Below, piece after piece: positions 49,744 through 62,993 of a DNA stretch of 64,000 nt. This DNA is from Yuukianura sp. NJ FZ-2021 (Eukaryota), in contig CM102287.1 of assembly GCA_046563655.1 (NCBI GenBank), positions 4,030,001 through 4,094,000 of the forward strand, in the 5' to 3' direction. Position 1 is the stretch's first letter. Each line of letters opens with the position of its first letter. The position numbers and the translations under genes were made by a program. The notes beneath the pieces were generated by a model. That model was given only the letters and a program-made list of their open reading frames with translations. It was not told where the DNA came from and ran no database searches.

Positions 49744-51704
49744 ATGTACGCAGTTGGCTCCTTGATCATTTTCATTCTAGTCTTCAGCGGAAGCTACGTT
49801 CAGAAGACTTCCGCTGCTATACAGAATAGCCCCACGTGTGAACCAAACAGTGAAGGACAACTACGTAAGCTTTTTATGATCTTTGACCTTTCAACTTTTG
49901 ACCTTGGCACAACTGAATTTATCCGTTTGTTAGGTTGTCAAGGTTTGTTCAAATGCGATCATAGTGTAAATCCGCCCGTCTGCTGTGCAGGGGACGCTCC
50001 AATTTTGGACAGAGGATACTGTCGCAAAGGTTACGGCGGGGAACTATGCACAAACTCATGTACAGAAATCACACATTTTCAGATCAAATGAAAAAAAAAG
50101 TTTGTTTTTTTAACTTAAAAATTGCAAAACGTTTTCTTTTTTTTTCTTTTTTTTTATAATTGTAACATTTTGGAAGATCATTGTAAATCCGGCAACTGTG
50201 ACACCAGTCAACGCAAATGTACTGGTCCGAACCCAAATGATGCAAAATTCGGTGCTCCTTGTATCGATGACGGTTCGTTTTCGAAATCTGGTTCTTATTT
50301 CAAATTCTTTCAAAATTTTGATTTTTTTTTGTAAATTATGTGTAGTTACTTGCGATCCTAAGGCGAATCTGGTATGCACCAATAGAAAATGTTCATGCCC
50401 AGAAGAATTAGAATGGGACGTGACGGCATGCGTCGTCAAAGGGACGAAGAAAACGAGGAAAACGATTAACGGAACGTGCACAGCAGATGGTAACCTTCAA
50501 ATTCAAAACTTTTGAAAAAAGTTTTGAATTTTTTGTTTTTTTTTTAAACTAGACGAATGCATCAAAGAGAGACGCCTGAAATGTATCAATGAAACTTGCA
50601 ACTGTGAACCAGGCTTTAGTTGGATCGAAGCAATTTGTAAACCCAAAGAAAAACAGACAACATGTGATCCAGACGTATTTCGTAAGTTGACCTTTGACCT
50701 TAGAAATCAAGTTGTTTGACCTTTGACCTTTGGTGTTTTTTTAACATAGCAAACGAGTGTCCACATGATTCGAAGCAAATGGAGTGTGACAAAGTTCAGA
50801 AAGTTTGTCGCTGTCGCCAGGACATGGAATATTCTCCATCGATGAAGGCGTGTAAACTCAAAGCAGGAGAAAACTGTTTGATCAACAACACTTTGGAGCA
50901 TGACCAATGCTTAAGTCAAAAATGTGGTAACGAAACAGAGTCCACCAATCAAACATGCGCATGTCCACAAGACAATGGAATCCCAGCAATCTGGTCACCT
51001 GACCCACCAGGGTCATGTGTCACTGACTACTTCGGCTTTACTTGTACAGGTTACACCATACACAAATCTTTTCTTAAAATGCGGTTTCTTGTTAAAGTAT
51101 TTGAATGTTTTGAATTTCAGGATCCAATTCCGAATGTCGCCCGGCGACATTTAACACGAGTCGTCAAGGCCTCATTTGCAAAGACAACTTTTGTCATTGC
51201 GAGGAAGGTTTGACCTACCTGAGAGGCTACTGCGTCGTAGCTAACCGGACGTTCGGCGATCCTTGTGACCCGGGTGAGTGACCTTGACCTTTGACCTCAA
51301 ATTCCTTTGCATAACCTTTGACCTCGAGTTAGTTTGCATTCATTTGTACTTTTGTAGATGGATTTCGTCCTACTTGCAAGACTGATGCTGACTTGACTTG
51401 TCGCGATGTTGGAGGAGGAGACTTTAGATGCGTGTGTCTCCAGCGTGTAATGACCGTGCGTGGGAAAAGACATACTGTGTTGTTGACCTGGAATGGTGCC
51501 CAGAAGAAGTGTGACCTCAAATCGCATGGTGAACGGTGTAAGGAAGCCATCGAATGTCGAAGTGGAGTCTGTCAAGTGACATGTGTAGGTGAACAACCCT
51601 TGCGCAGCACACTAGCTACCGACGGGGGCGAAAATCTACGTATACAATATCCTAATTCCGTATTTTTTATTGTTCCATTTAGCATGATCGTCACAGTCTT
51701 TTAA
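49744..51704 (+). CDS. Cys-rich EB-module-like surface protein, copy 10
   Basis: MYAVGSLIIFILVFSGSYVQKTSA...; same exon series. Confidence 0.85.
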
Positions 51705-51986
51705 TTTTTTGGTTTAACTGAACAAAAAATATTTTAAACTTTTTTCTTCTAATTTCAGAAAAAAATTGAAGTTTTAAAAATACGTTGTTTTTTATATGTT
51801 TTGCTTCAAAATTTGTTCAGGGGGCTGGTCGCGTAGTCGCCATGGGACTGCCTTAAACTGACGCGTTTGTTTACCACAAAACAGTTAAAAGTTCAAAAAA
51901 GAGGGAATGATTTTTTTTTGAAATTCGAAATTTTTGAGAGTATTTTTTTTTTTACAATTCCTAATTTTATTAGATTTTTTTTTGAA

Positions 51987-53923
51987 ATGTACGTTGTTCG
52001 CTTCTTGATCGTTTTCATTCTAGTCTTCAGCGGAAACTGCGTTCAGAAGACTTCCGCTGCTGAAGAGGATCGCCCACCGTGTGAACAAAACAGTGAAGGA
52101 CAATATCGTAAGCTTTTTTTTATGACTTGTGACCTTTCGACTTTTGACCTTGACACAACTGAATTTATTCGTTTGTTAGGTTGTCAAAGTTTGTTCGAAT
52201 GCGATCATACTGTAAATCCGCCCGTCTGCTGTCCATGGAACGCTGCAATCATGGACGGAGGAAACTGTCGCACAGGCCACCACGGGGAACCTTGCACAAA
52301 ATCATGTACAGAAATCAAACATTTTCAGAACAAATGAAAAAAAAAGTTTTTTTTAACTTAAAAATTGCAAAATGTTTTTTTTATAATTGTAACATATTTT
52401 TGAAGATCATTGTGCATCCGGCACCTGTGACACCAAAAAACGACAATGTCGTGGCCAGAACCCAAATACTTTAAAACTCGGTGATCCTTGTATCGATGAC
52501 TGTTCGTTTTCGAAATCTTTTTATTTCAAATTCATTCAAAATTTTGATTATTTTTTAAATGTTGTATAGATTCTTGCGATAGTGCGATCCAGGAGCGACT
52601 GGTCTGCAGCAATGGGAAATGTTCATGCCCAGGAGGATTAGAATGGAACCAGGCGGCATGTGTCGTCAGAGGCCCGAAGAAAATGATTAACGGAACCTGC
52701 TCAATAAGTGGTAACGTTCAAATTCAAAACTACAAAAAAAAATAAAAAGTTTGAATTTTTTGGTTTTTGAAACTAGACGAATGCAGCGGAGAGCGACAAC
52801 TGAAATGTATCAATAAAACATGTAACTGTGATCCAGGCTTTAGTTGGACCGAAGCAATTTGTAAAGCCAAAGCACATCAGACAAAGTGCGATCCATCCGT
52901 ATTTCGTAAGTTGACCTTTGACCTTGAAAATGAAGTTGGTTTGACCTTTGACCTTTGGTGTTTTTTTAACATAGCAAACGAGTGTCCTCATGATTCGAAG
53001 CAAATGGAGTGTGACAAAGATCAGAAAGTTTGTCGCTGTCGCCAGGACATGGAATACTCTCCATCGATGAAGGCGTGTAAACTCAAAGCAGGAGAGAACT
53101 GTTTGATCAACAACACTTTGGAGCATGACCAATGCTTAAGTCAACAATGTCTTAACGAGACAGGGTCCACCAATCACACATGCGCATGTAAAGACAACAA
53201 TGGTGTCTCACAAATCTGGTCATCAGGCGAAGGTTGTGTCACTGACTATTATCGCTTTACCTGTTCAGGTCACTCCTTACACAAATCTTTTCACAAAAGG
53301 CGTCTTCTTTTTAAAGTATTTGAATTTTTTGAATTTCAGGATCCGATTCCGAATGTCGCCCGGCAACATTCAACACTAGTCGTCAAGGGCTCATATGCAA
53401 AAACCACATTTATTGTCAATGTAATGAAGGTTTGACCTACCTGAGAGGCTACTGTGCCGTAGCTAACCGGACGTTCGGCGATCGCTGTGACCCGGGTAAG
53501 TGACCTTGACCTTTGTCCTCAAATTAGTTTGCATGACCTTTGACCTGGATTTAGTTTGGATTCATTTGTACTTTTGTAGATGGAGTTCGTCCTACTTGCA
53601 AGACAGATGCTGACTTGACTTGTCGAGATGTTGGAGGAGGAGACTTTAGATGCGTGTGTCTCCAGCGTGTAATGACCGTGCGTGGGAAAAGACATACTGT
53701 GTTGTTGACCTGGAATGGTGCGCAGAAGAAGTGTGACCTCAAATCACATGGTGAACGGTGCAAGGAAGCCATCGAATGTAGAAGTGGTGTGTGTCAAGAG
53801 ACGTGTGTAGGCGAACAACCGTTACATAGCCGACTATCGACTGGGGCGACATTCGATACGAAAGTTTACAATAACTACGTATTTCTTATTATTCCATTTA
53901 GCATGATCGTCACACTCTTTTAA
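51987..53923 (+). CDS. Cys-rich EB-module-like surface protein, copy 11
   Basis: MYVVRFLIVFILVFSGNCVQKTSA...; same exon series. Confidence 0.85.
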
Positions 53924-54219
53924 TTTGTTTGGTTTTAACTGAACAAAAAAATTTTAAACTTCGAAATAAGCTTCTTTTCTTCTAATTTCAGAAAAAATTT
54001 GTAGTTTTAAAAATATGTTTCATTCTACTATATATTTTGCTCCAAAGTTTGGTCAATGATCAGTAGTCGCCATGGGACTACCGTAAACTGACGCATTTGT
54101 TTACCACAAACAGTTAAAAGTTCAAAGTGGAGGGAGTGATTTTGTTTTTCGAAATTGGAAATATTTTAGAGTAATTTTTTTTTGATTCACAATTCATAAT
54201 TTTATTCCATTTTTTTGAA

Positions 54220-56164
54220 ATGTACGTTGTTCGCTTCTTGATCATTTTCATTCTAGTAGTCTTCAGCGGAAACTACGTTCAGAAGACTTCCGCTGCTACA
54301 CCGTACACCCCACCGTGTGAACCAAACAGTGAAGGACAATTACGTAAGCTTTTTATGACCTTTGACCTTTGACCTTTGACCGTGGCACAACTGAATTTAT
54401 CCGTTTGTTAGGTTGTCAAAGTGTGTTCGAATGCGATCATAATGTAAATCCGCCCGTCTGCTGTCAAATTGGCCAACCAATTAAGGCCAAAGGAGAATGT
54501 CGCACAGCCTACGCCGAAGAACCATGCACAGAATCATGTACAGAAATCACACATTTTCAGAACAAACAAAAAAAGTTTTTTTTTAACTTAAAAATTGAAA
54601 AAAATGCTTTTTTTTTAATTCCAATATGTTTGAAGATCATTGTGCATCCGGTGACTGTGACACCAGCCAACGCCAATGTCGTGGCGAGAAGCCAAATCTT
54701 TCAACATACGGGGGCCAGTGTATCAATCACTGTTCGTTTTCGAAGTTTGGTTCTTTTTTCAAATTCTTTCAAAATGTTGATTTTTTTTAAATTCTCTATA
54801 GATAATTGCGATGAACAGGATCTGTTCTGCATCAAAAACAAATGTTCATGCCCAGCAGGATTAAAATGGAACCAGACGTCATGCGTCGCCAGAGGCCCGA
54901 AGAAAACGATTAACGAACCCTGCTCAACAGATGGTAACGTTCAAATTCAAAAGTGAAAAATAAATAAAAATTTTGAATTTTTTGTTTTTCGAAAAACTAG
55001 ACGACTGCATCACCGAGCGACAACTGAAATGTATCAACCAAAAATGCGACTGTGACCCAGGCTTTAGTTGGACCGAAGCAATTTGTAAAGCCAAATCAGA
55101 ACTGCCAACATGCGATCCAGACGTATTTCGTAAGTTGACCTTTGACCTTGGAAATGAAGTTGGTTTGACCTTTGACCTTTGGTTTTTTTTTTAACATAGC
55201 AAACGAGTGTCCTCATGATTCGAAGCAAATGGAGTGTGACAAAGATCAGAAAGTTTGTCGCTGTCGCCAGGACATGGAATACTCTCCATCGATGAAGGCG
55301 TGTAAACTCAAAGCAGGAGAAAACTGTTTGATCAACAACACTTTGGAGCATGACCAATGCTTAAGTCAACATTGCGGTAACGATGAGAAAGACTCCACCG
55401 ATCATAACTGCGCATGTCAACACCAGAATGGAATCCCCGAAATCTGGTCACCAGGCACACCAGGCAGTTGTGTCACTAACTACTTCGACTTTACCTGTTC
55501 AGGTCACTCCTTACGCAAACCTTTTCATAAAAGGCGTTTTCTTTATAAAGTATTTGAATTTTTGGAATTTCAGGATCCAATTCCGAATGTCGCCCGGCGA
55601 CATTTAACACGAGTCGTCAAGGGCTCATTTGCAAAAACAACATGTGTAAATGTGAAGAAGGTTTGACCTACATAAGAGGCTACTGCGTCGTAGCTAACCG
55701 GACGTTCGGCGATCCCTGTGACAAGGGTGAGTGACCTTGACCTTTGACCTCAAATTAGTTTGCATGACCTTCGACCTGGATTTAGTTTGTATTCATTTGT
55801 ACTTTTTGTAGATGGAATTAGTCCTACTTGCAAGATAGATGCTGACTTGACTTGTCGAGATGTTGGAGGAGGAGACTTTAGATGCGTGTGTCTCCAGCGT
55901 GTAATGACCGTGCGTGGGAAAAGACATACTGTATTGTTGACCTGGAATGGTTCTCAGAAGAAGTGTGACCTCAAATCGCATGGGGAACGGTGTAAGGAAG
56001 CCATCGAATGTCGAAGTGGAGTCTGTCAAGAGACATGTGTAGGTGAACATCCTGTGCCTATCCGACGATCGACTGGGGCGACAATCTACGCATACGATAC
56101 GAAATTCTACGATAGCTACGTATTTCTTATTATTCCATTTAGCATGATCGTCACACACTCTTAA
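54220..56164 (+). CDS. Cys-rich EB-module-like surface protein, copy 12
   Basis: MYVVRFLIIFILVVFSGNYVQKTSA...; same exon series. Confidence 0.85.
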
Positions 56165-56452
56165 ATTTTTGGTTGTAACTGAACTAAATAATTTTAAACT
56201 TTGAAATTTAGCTTCTTTTCTTCTAATTTCAGAAAAAATTTGAAGTTTTAAAAATACGTTTCTTTCTATATATTTTGCTACAAAATTTGGTTACGAGTTG
56301 GCCGTGTAGTCGCCATGGGACTGCCGTAAACTGACGCAGTTGTTTAGCACAAACAGTTAAAACTTCAAAGTGGATGAGTGATTTTTTTTTAAATTCGAAA
56401 TATTTGAAAGTATTTTTTTTTAAATTCCTAATTTTATTAGATTCTTTTTGAA

Positions 56453-58411
56453 ATGTATGTTGTTCTCTCCTTGATCATTTTCATTCTACTCTTCAGCGGA
56501 AACTACGTTCAGAAGACATACGCCGCTTCCGCTCCAGATATCCCACCGTGTAAAAAAGACAGTGAAGGACAATTACGTAAGCTTTTTATGACCTTTGACC
56601 TTTCAACTTTTGACCTTGGCACAACTGAATTTATTCGTTTGTTAGGTTGTCAAGGTGTGTTCGAATGCAATCATAATGTAAATCCGCCCGTCTGCTGTTC
56701 ATTGGTGGCTCCAATTATAGACGGAGGAGAATGTCGCAAAGCCAACGACGGAGAACCATGCAGAGAAAATTGTACAGAAATCACACATTTTCAGAACAAA
56801 GGAAAAAAAAACTTTTTTTAAGTTAAAAATTGAAAAATGTTTTTTTTAATAATTGTAACATTTTTGAAGATCAATGTCAAGCCGGTTACTGTGGTCCCAC
56901 CAAACATTGTCGTGGCGGGGTCCCATATATTTCACCATACGGTGGTCCCTGTCTCACTAACAGTTCGTTTTCCAAATTTGGTTCTTATTTCAAATTCTTT
57001 CAAAATTTTGATTTTTTTTTGAAAATTCTCTATAGATTATTGCGAGCCTCAGAAACAACTGGTTTGCTTCCAGAAGAAATGTTCCTGCCCAGAAGGATTA
57101 AAATGGAACCAGGAGACATGCTTCATCAGAGGCCCGAAGAAAACGATTAACGAATCCTGCTCAAAAACTGGTAACGTTCAAAGTTAAAACTAAGAAAAAA
57201 AAATAAGAATTTTGAATTTTTCGTTTTTTGAAACTAGAGGAATGCAGCACCCAGCGACTACTGAAATGTATCAACCAAACATGCGACTGTGAACCAGGCT
57301 TTAGTTGGACCGAAGCAATTTGTAAAGCCAAATCAGAACTGACAACATGCGATCCAGACATATTTCGTAAGTTGACCTTTGACCTTGGAAATTAAGTTGG
57401 TTTGACCTTTGACCTTTGGTGTTTTTTAACATAGCAAACGAGTGTCCACATGATTCGAAGCAAATGGAGTGTGACAAAGTTCAGCGCGTTTGTCGCTGTC
57501 GCCAGGACATGGAATATTCTCCATCGATGAAGGCGTGTAAACTCAAAGCAGGAGAAAACTGTTTGATCAACAACACTTTGGAGCATGACCGCTGCGCAAG
57601 TCAACATTGTGGTAACGATGAGAAAGACTCCACCGATCATAACTGCGCATGTCCACACAACAATGGAATCCCGGAAATCTGGTCACCAGGCGCACAGGCA
57701 GGTTGTGTCACTGACTACTTCGAATTTTCCTGTTCAGGTCACTCCTTACACAAATCTTTTCCCAAAAGGCTGTTTCTTTTTAAAGTAATTTGAATTTTTT
57801 GAATTTCAGGATCCGATTCCGAATGTCGCCCGGCAAAATTCAACACTAGTCGTGAAGGGCTTATTTGCAAAGACAACTTTTGTCATTGTGAAAAAGGTTT
57901 GGCCTACCTTAGAGGCTACTGCGTCGTAGCTAACCTGACGTTCGGCGATCGCTGTGACCCGGGTGGGTGACCTTGACCTTTGACCTCAAATTTCTTTGCA
58001 CGACCTTTGACCTCGAGTTACTTTGGATTCATTTGTACGTTTGTAGATGGAGTTCGTCCTACCTGCAAGCCAGATGCTGGTTTGACTTGTCGCGATGTTG
58101 GAGGTGGAGACTTTAGATGCGTGTGTCTCGTGCGTGAAATGACCGTGCGTGGGAAAAGACACACTGTGTTGTTGACCTGGAACGGTGCCGAGAAGACGTG
58201 TGACCTCAAATCGCATGGGGAACGGTGCAAAGAAGCCATCGAATGTCGAAGTGGAGTCTGTCAAGAGACATGTATAGGTGAACAACCCTTCCGTAGCCGA
58301 CTATCGACTGGGGCGACAATCTACCTGTTCAATACGAAAGTTTACAATAACTACGTATTTCTTATTATTTCATTTAACATTACCCTCACACTATTAAATT
58401 TTTGGTGGTAA
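56453..58411 (+). CDS. Cys-rich EB-module-like surface protein, copy 13
   Basis: MYVVLSLIIFILLFSGNYVQKTYA...; same exon series. Confidence 0.85.
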
Positions 58412-58659
58412 CTGAAGAAAAACTTTTTAAACTTCCTTTAGCTTCCTTTTTTTAAAATTTTAGAAAAAAAAAAGAATTTGAAGTGTTGAAAATAAATACA
58501 TGTATCTCCCTGTATATTCTGTTTCAAAATTGTTGAAACGATTGGATTTGAAAAAGATGATTGTGTTGGTGCCAGTCAGTCGTCGTGTGGTTGCTGCTTA
58601 CAATAATAATAAACCGGTTGTAAACCGCATATAATGAAGATAGCTCAGCGATAAGGCGT

Positions 58660-58850
58660 TGGAGGGGGGGGGGGTCTCCCGGGGGGTGCGGGGGTGAGCT
58701 CCCCCCGGGGTTGTAGGGGTAGGTTCCCACGGGTGTGCGGGGGTGGGATTCTCCCAGGGGTGTGGGATGTGTCCCTCTATGGGTGTGTGGGGCGGGTCCC
58801 CCAGGGGTGTGGGGTGGGTCCCCCAGGGGTGTGGGCGTGTGTTCCCCCCA
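58660..58850 (+). repeat. G-rich degenerate minisatellite (~21-23-nt unit CCCCAGGGGTGTGGGGTGGGT, ~8 units) within a ~470-bp foreign insert
   Basis: Visible directly; strongly GC-rich against the AT-rich background; repeated at ~61945-62135. Confidence 0.8.
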
Positions 58851-59159
58851 CTTCTCCGCTGGCAGGACGTTGAAATGAAAAAAGAAGTTGACCTTTGACC
58901 AAGAACAAGGCCACTTGGGGTAATGTGATGGACACAAAAGTTGTTGGACTCGATGAGACGAACAACTTGTGTAGAAGTCATTTTCCATGTTGCCGGGGCT
59001 GAAACCGGTTGACCTTGACCTTTGACCCAGAAGGAGTTTAGCCACCGGGATCATATTCAATAGTGATCATGTCACAGTCTTTTAATTTTTTGTGGTTACT
59101 AACTGAACATAAAAATTTTCAAGTTCGAAATCTTAGCTTCTTTTTTTCTAATTTCAGAA

Positions 59160-59452
59160 TTTTTTTTAACTAATCGTAAGTACTATAAAATTATATTTAT
59201 TAATAGAAAAACAGTTTCATGATACTTATGGGCTAAAGGTAGTATACTCCGTATAAATCTTCGCCGGGTGGAAGAGTTCCTAAGATGAAGGCACAATTTC
59301 CTGTTTGAATGCCAATGCTGATTGTTGGTAGCAGAAAAGCAGTGGCTCTTGGTTCTCCAGTGTATTCAACAAGGCGTCGACTTCAGTAGCTTCAACCCTT
59401 CGTTTCCGAAAACTCCAGTAGATTCAACAGCGATGATTAAAACGATGAAGTG
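59160..59452 (-). mobile_element. 5'-truncated non-LTR retrotransposon (CRE-like clade, C-terminal restriction-like endonuclease region)
   Basis: Minus strand reads IAVESTGVFGNEGLKLLK/(frameshift)RRLVEYTGEPRATAFLLPTISIGIQTGNCAFILGTLPPGEDLYGVYYL*, then AATAAA and an A-run; TSD ATTTCAGAA at 59151-59159 and 59453-59461. Confidence 0.75.
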
Positions 59453-59757
59453 ATTTCAGAAATTTTTTTGGAGTTAGGTTAGGTTAGGCAGGTTGAGAGA
59501 TTTAAGAAATGTCGTTAATGATTAAAGCATGTAGATTTCGTAGAGTTCTTTTTTTTTTTTGCTTCAAAATTTGATTAGGGGTTGGCCGCGTAGTCGCCAT
59601 GGGACTACCTTAAACCGACGCATTTGTGTACCACAAACAGTGAAAAGTCAAGAAGGAGGGAGTGATTTTTTTTTGTTTTTTTGAAAATAGAAATTTTTGA
59701 AAGTAAATTTTTTTTTCAATTCCTAATTTTATTAGAATTTTATTCCATGTTTTTGAA

Positions 59758-61682
59758 ATGTACGCTGTTCGCTCCTTGATCGTTTTCATTCTAGTCTTCA
59801 GCGGAAGCTACATTGAGAAGACTTCCGCTGCTACAGAGGATCCCCCACCTTGTGAACCAGACAGTGAAGGGCAATATGGTAAGCTTTTTTATGACTTTTG
59901 ACCTTTCGACTTTTGACCTTGACACAACTGAATTCATCCGTTTGTTAGGTTGTCAAGGTTTGATTGAATGCAAGCCCTTCATCTGCTGTAAACTGGCGGT
60001 TCCGAAGCCGGACAGAGGAACATGTCGCTTAAGCTACGACGGGGATCCATGCAAGGAATCAAGTACAGACATCACACAATTCCAGAAAAAAATGAAACAA
60101 CGTTTCTTTTTTAAATTGCAATTTTTTTTTAATTCCAACACTTTTCAAGATCATTGTACATCCGGTTTCTGTGACACCAGCAAAGGCCAATGTCGTGGCG
60201 GGTATCCACCAAGACTTGGTGATGATTGTGCCAATGAATGTTCGTTTTTGAAATTATGTTCTATTTCAAATTCTTTGAAAATTTTGATTTTTTTTTGTAA
60301 ATTATGTATAGTTGCTTGCGATCCTAAGGCGCATATGGTATGCACCAATAGGAAATGTTCATGCCCAGAAGAATTAGAATGGGACAGGGACGTGACGGCA
60401 TGCGTCGTCAAAGGAACGAAGAAAACGAAGAAAACGATTAACGCAACCTGCACAGAAGATGGTAACGTTCAAATTCAAAATTTTTGAAAAAAGTTTTGAA
60501 TTTTTTGTTTTTTGAAACTAGACGAATGCATCAAAGAGCGACTACTGAAATGTTACAATGGAACATGCGACTGTGAACCAGGCTTTAGTTGGATCGAAGC
60601 AATTTGTAAACCCGTAGCAGAACAGACAAAATGCGATCCAAACACATTTCGTAAGTTGACCTTTGACCTTGAGAATGAAGTTGGTTTGACCTTTGACCTT
60701 TGGTGTTTTTAACATAGCAAACGAGTGTCCTCATGATTCGAAGCAAATGGAGTGTGACAAAGTTCAGAAAGTTTGTCGCTGTCGCCAGGACATGGAATAT
60801 TCTCCATCGATGAAGGCGTGTAAACTCAAAGCAGGAGAGAACTGTTTGATCAACGGTACACTGGAGCATGACCAATGCTTAAGTCAACAATGTGGTAACA
60901 ATGAGAAAGAGTCCACCGATCATAACTGCGCATGCCACAACCAGAATGGAATCCCGGAAATCTGGTCATCAGGCACACCAGGCAGTTGTGTCACTAACTA
61001 CTTCGACTTTACCTGTTCAGGTCACTCCTTACGCAAACCTTTTCATAAAAAGCTTTTTCTTTTTAAAGTATTTGAATTTTTGGAATTTCAGGATCCAATT
61101 CCGAATGTCGCCCGGAGACATTTAACACGAGTCGTCAAGGGCTCATTTGCAAAAACAACATGTGTAAATGTGAAGAAGGTTTGACCTACATAAGAGGCTA
61201 CTGCGTCGTAGCTAACCGGACGTTCGGCGATCCCTGTGACAAGGGTGAGTGACCTTGACCTTTGACCTCAACTTTCTTTGCATGACCTTCGACCTGGATT
61301 TAGTTTGTATTCATTTGTACTTTTTGTAGATGGAATTAGTCCTACTTGCAAGATAGATGCTGACTTGACTTGTCGCGATGTTGGAGGAGGAGACTTTAGA
61401 TGCGTGTGTCTCCAGCGTGTAATGACCGTGCGTGGGAAAAGACATACTGTATTGTTGACCTGGAATGGTGCCCAGAAGAAGTGTGACCTCAAATCGCATG
61501 GTGAACGGTGTAAGGAAGCCATCGAATGTCGAAGTGGAGTCTGTCAAGAGACATGTGTAGGCGAACAACCCGTGCCAATCCGACGATCGACTGGGACGAC
61601 AATCTACGTATACGATACAAAAGTCTACGCTAACTACATATTTCTTATCATTTCATTTAACATGATCCTCACACTCTATTAA
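59758..61682 (+). CDS. Cys-rich EB-module-like surface protein, copy 14 (chimera of copy-7-like 5' half and copy-12-like 3' half)
   Basis: MYAVRSLIVFILVFSGSYIEKTSA...; same exon series. Confidence 0.85.
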
Positions 61683-61944
61683 ATTTTTGGTGGTAACTGA
61701 AGAAAAACTTTTTAAACTTCCTTTTAGCTTCCTTTTTTTTTAAATTTTAGAAAAAAAAAGAATTTGAAGTGTTGAAAATAAATACAGTGTATCTCCCTGT
61801 ATATTCTGTTTCAAAATTGTTGAAACGATTGGATTTGAAAAAGATGATTGTGTTGGTGCCAGTCAGTCGTCGTGTGGTTGCTGGTTACAATAATAATAAA
61901 CCGGTTCTAAACCGCATATAATGAAGATAGCTCAGCGATAAGGC

Positions 61945-62135
61945 GTTGGAGGGGGGGGGTCTCCCGGGGGGTGCGGGGGTGAGTTCCCCCCGGGGTTGTA
62001 GAGGTAGGTTCCCACGGGTGTGCGGGGGTGGAATTCTCCCAGGGGTGTGGGATGTATCCCTCTATGTGTTCGTGGGGCGGGTCCCCCAGGCGTGTGGGGT
62101 GGGTCCCCCGGGGGTGTGGGCGTGTGTTCCCCCAC
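61945..62135 (+). repeat. Second copy of the G-rich minisatellite insert
   Basis: Near-identical to 58660-58850; part of a ~1.1-kb duplicated spacer. Confidence 0.8.
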
Positions 62136-62442
62136 TTCTCCGCTGGCAGGACGTTGAAATGAAAAAGAAGTTGACCTTTGACCAAGAACGAGGTCACTTG
62201 GGGTAATGTGATGGACACAAAAGTTGTTGGACTCGATGAGACGAACAACTTTTGTAGAAGTCATTTTCCATGTTGCCGGGGCTGAAACCGGTTGACCTTG
62301 ACCTTTGACCCAGAAGGAGTTTAGCCACCGGGATCATATTCAATAGTGATCATGTCACAGTCTTTTAATTTTTTGTGGTTACTAACTGAACATAAAAATT
62401 TTCAAGTTCGAAATCTTAGCTTCTTTTTTTCTAATTTCAGAA

Positions 62443-62736
62443 TTTTTTTTTAACTAATCGTAAGTACTATAAAATTATATTTATTAATAGAAAAACAGTT
62501 TCATGATACTTATGGGCTAAAGGTAGTATACTCCGTATAAATCTTCGCCGGGTGGAAGAGTTCCTAAGATGAAGGCACAATTTCCTGTTTGAATGCCAAT
62601 GCTGATTGTTGGTAGCAGAAAAGCAGTGGCTCTTGGTTCTCCAGTGTATTCAACAAGGCGTCGACTTCAGTAGCTTCAACCCTTCGTTTCCGAAAACTCC
62701 AGTAGATTCAACAGCTATGATTGAAACGATGAAGTG
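62443..62736 (-). mobile_element. Second (co-duplicated) copy of the truncated CRE-like non-LTR fragment
   Basis: Near-identical to 59160-59452 with the same TSD ATTTCAGAA (62434-62442, 62737-62745). Confidence 0.75.
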
Positions 62737-62993
62737 ATTTCAGAAAATTTTTTGGAGTTTTAAAAATACGTTTTTTTATTATTTTGCTTCAAAATTTGAT
62801 TAGGGGTTGGCCGCGTAGTCGCCATGGATGGGACTACCGTAAACCGACGCATTTGTGTACCACAAACAGTGAAAAGTCAAAAAGGAGCAGGAGGGAGTGA
62901 TTTTTTTGTTTTTTTTTGAAAATAGAAATTTTTGAAAGTAAATTTTTTTTTTCAATTCCTAATTTTATTAGAGTTTTATTCCATGTTTTTGAA

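Noticed and set aside
58524..59060. Pro/His-rich 178-aa ORF and its copy at ~61.9-62.3 kb
   Set aside because: Translation of the G-rich minisatellite; frames are not preserved between the two copies.
40745..61568. Recurrent minus-strand ORFs (MASLHRSPCDLRSH..., MFAYTC..., MVMLQSVVDQ...)
   Set aside because: Antisense shadows of the conserved plus-strand exons; they recur only because the exons are duplicated.
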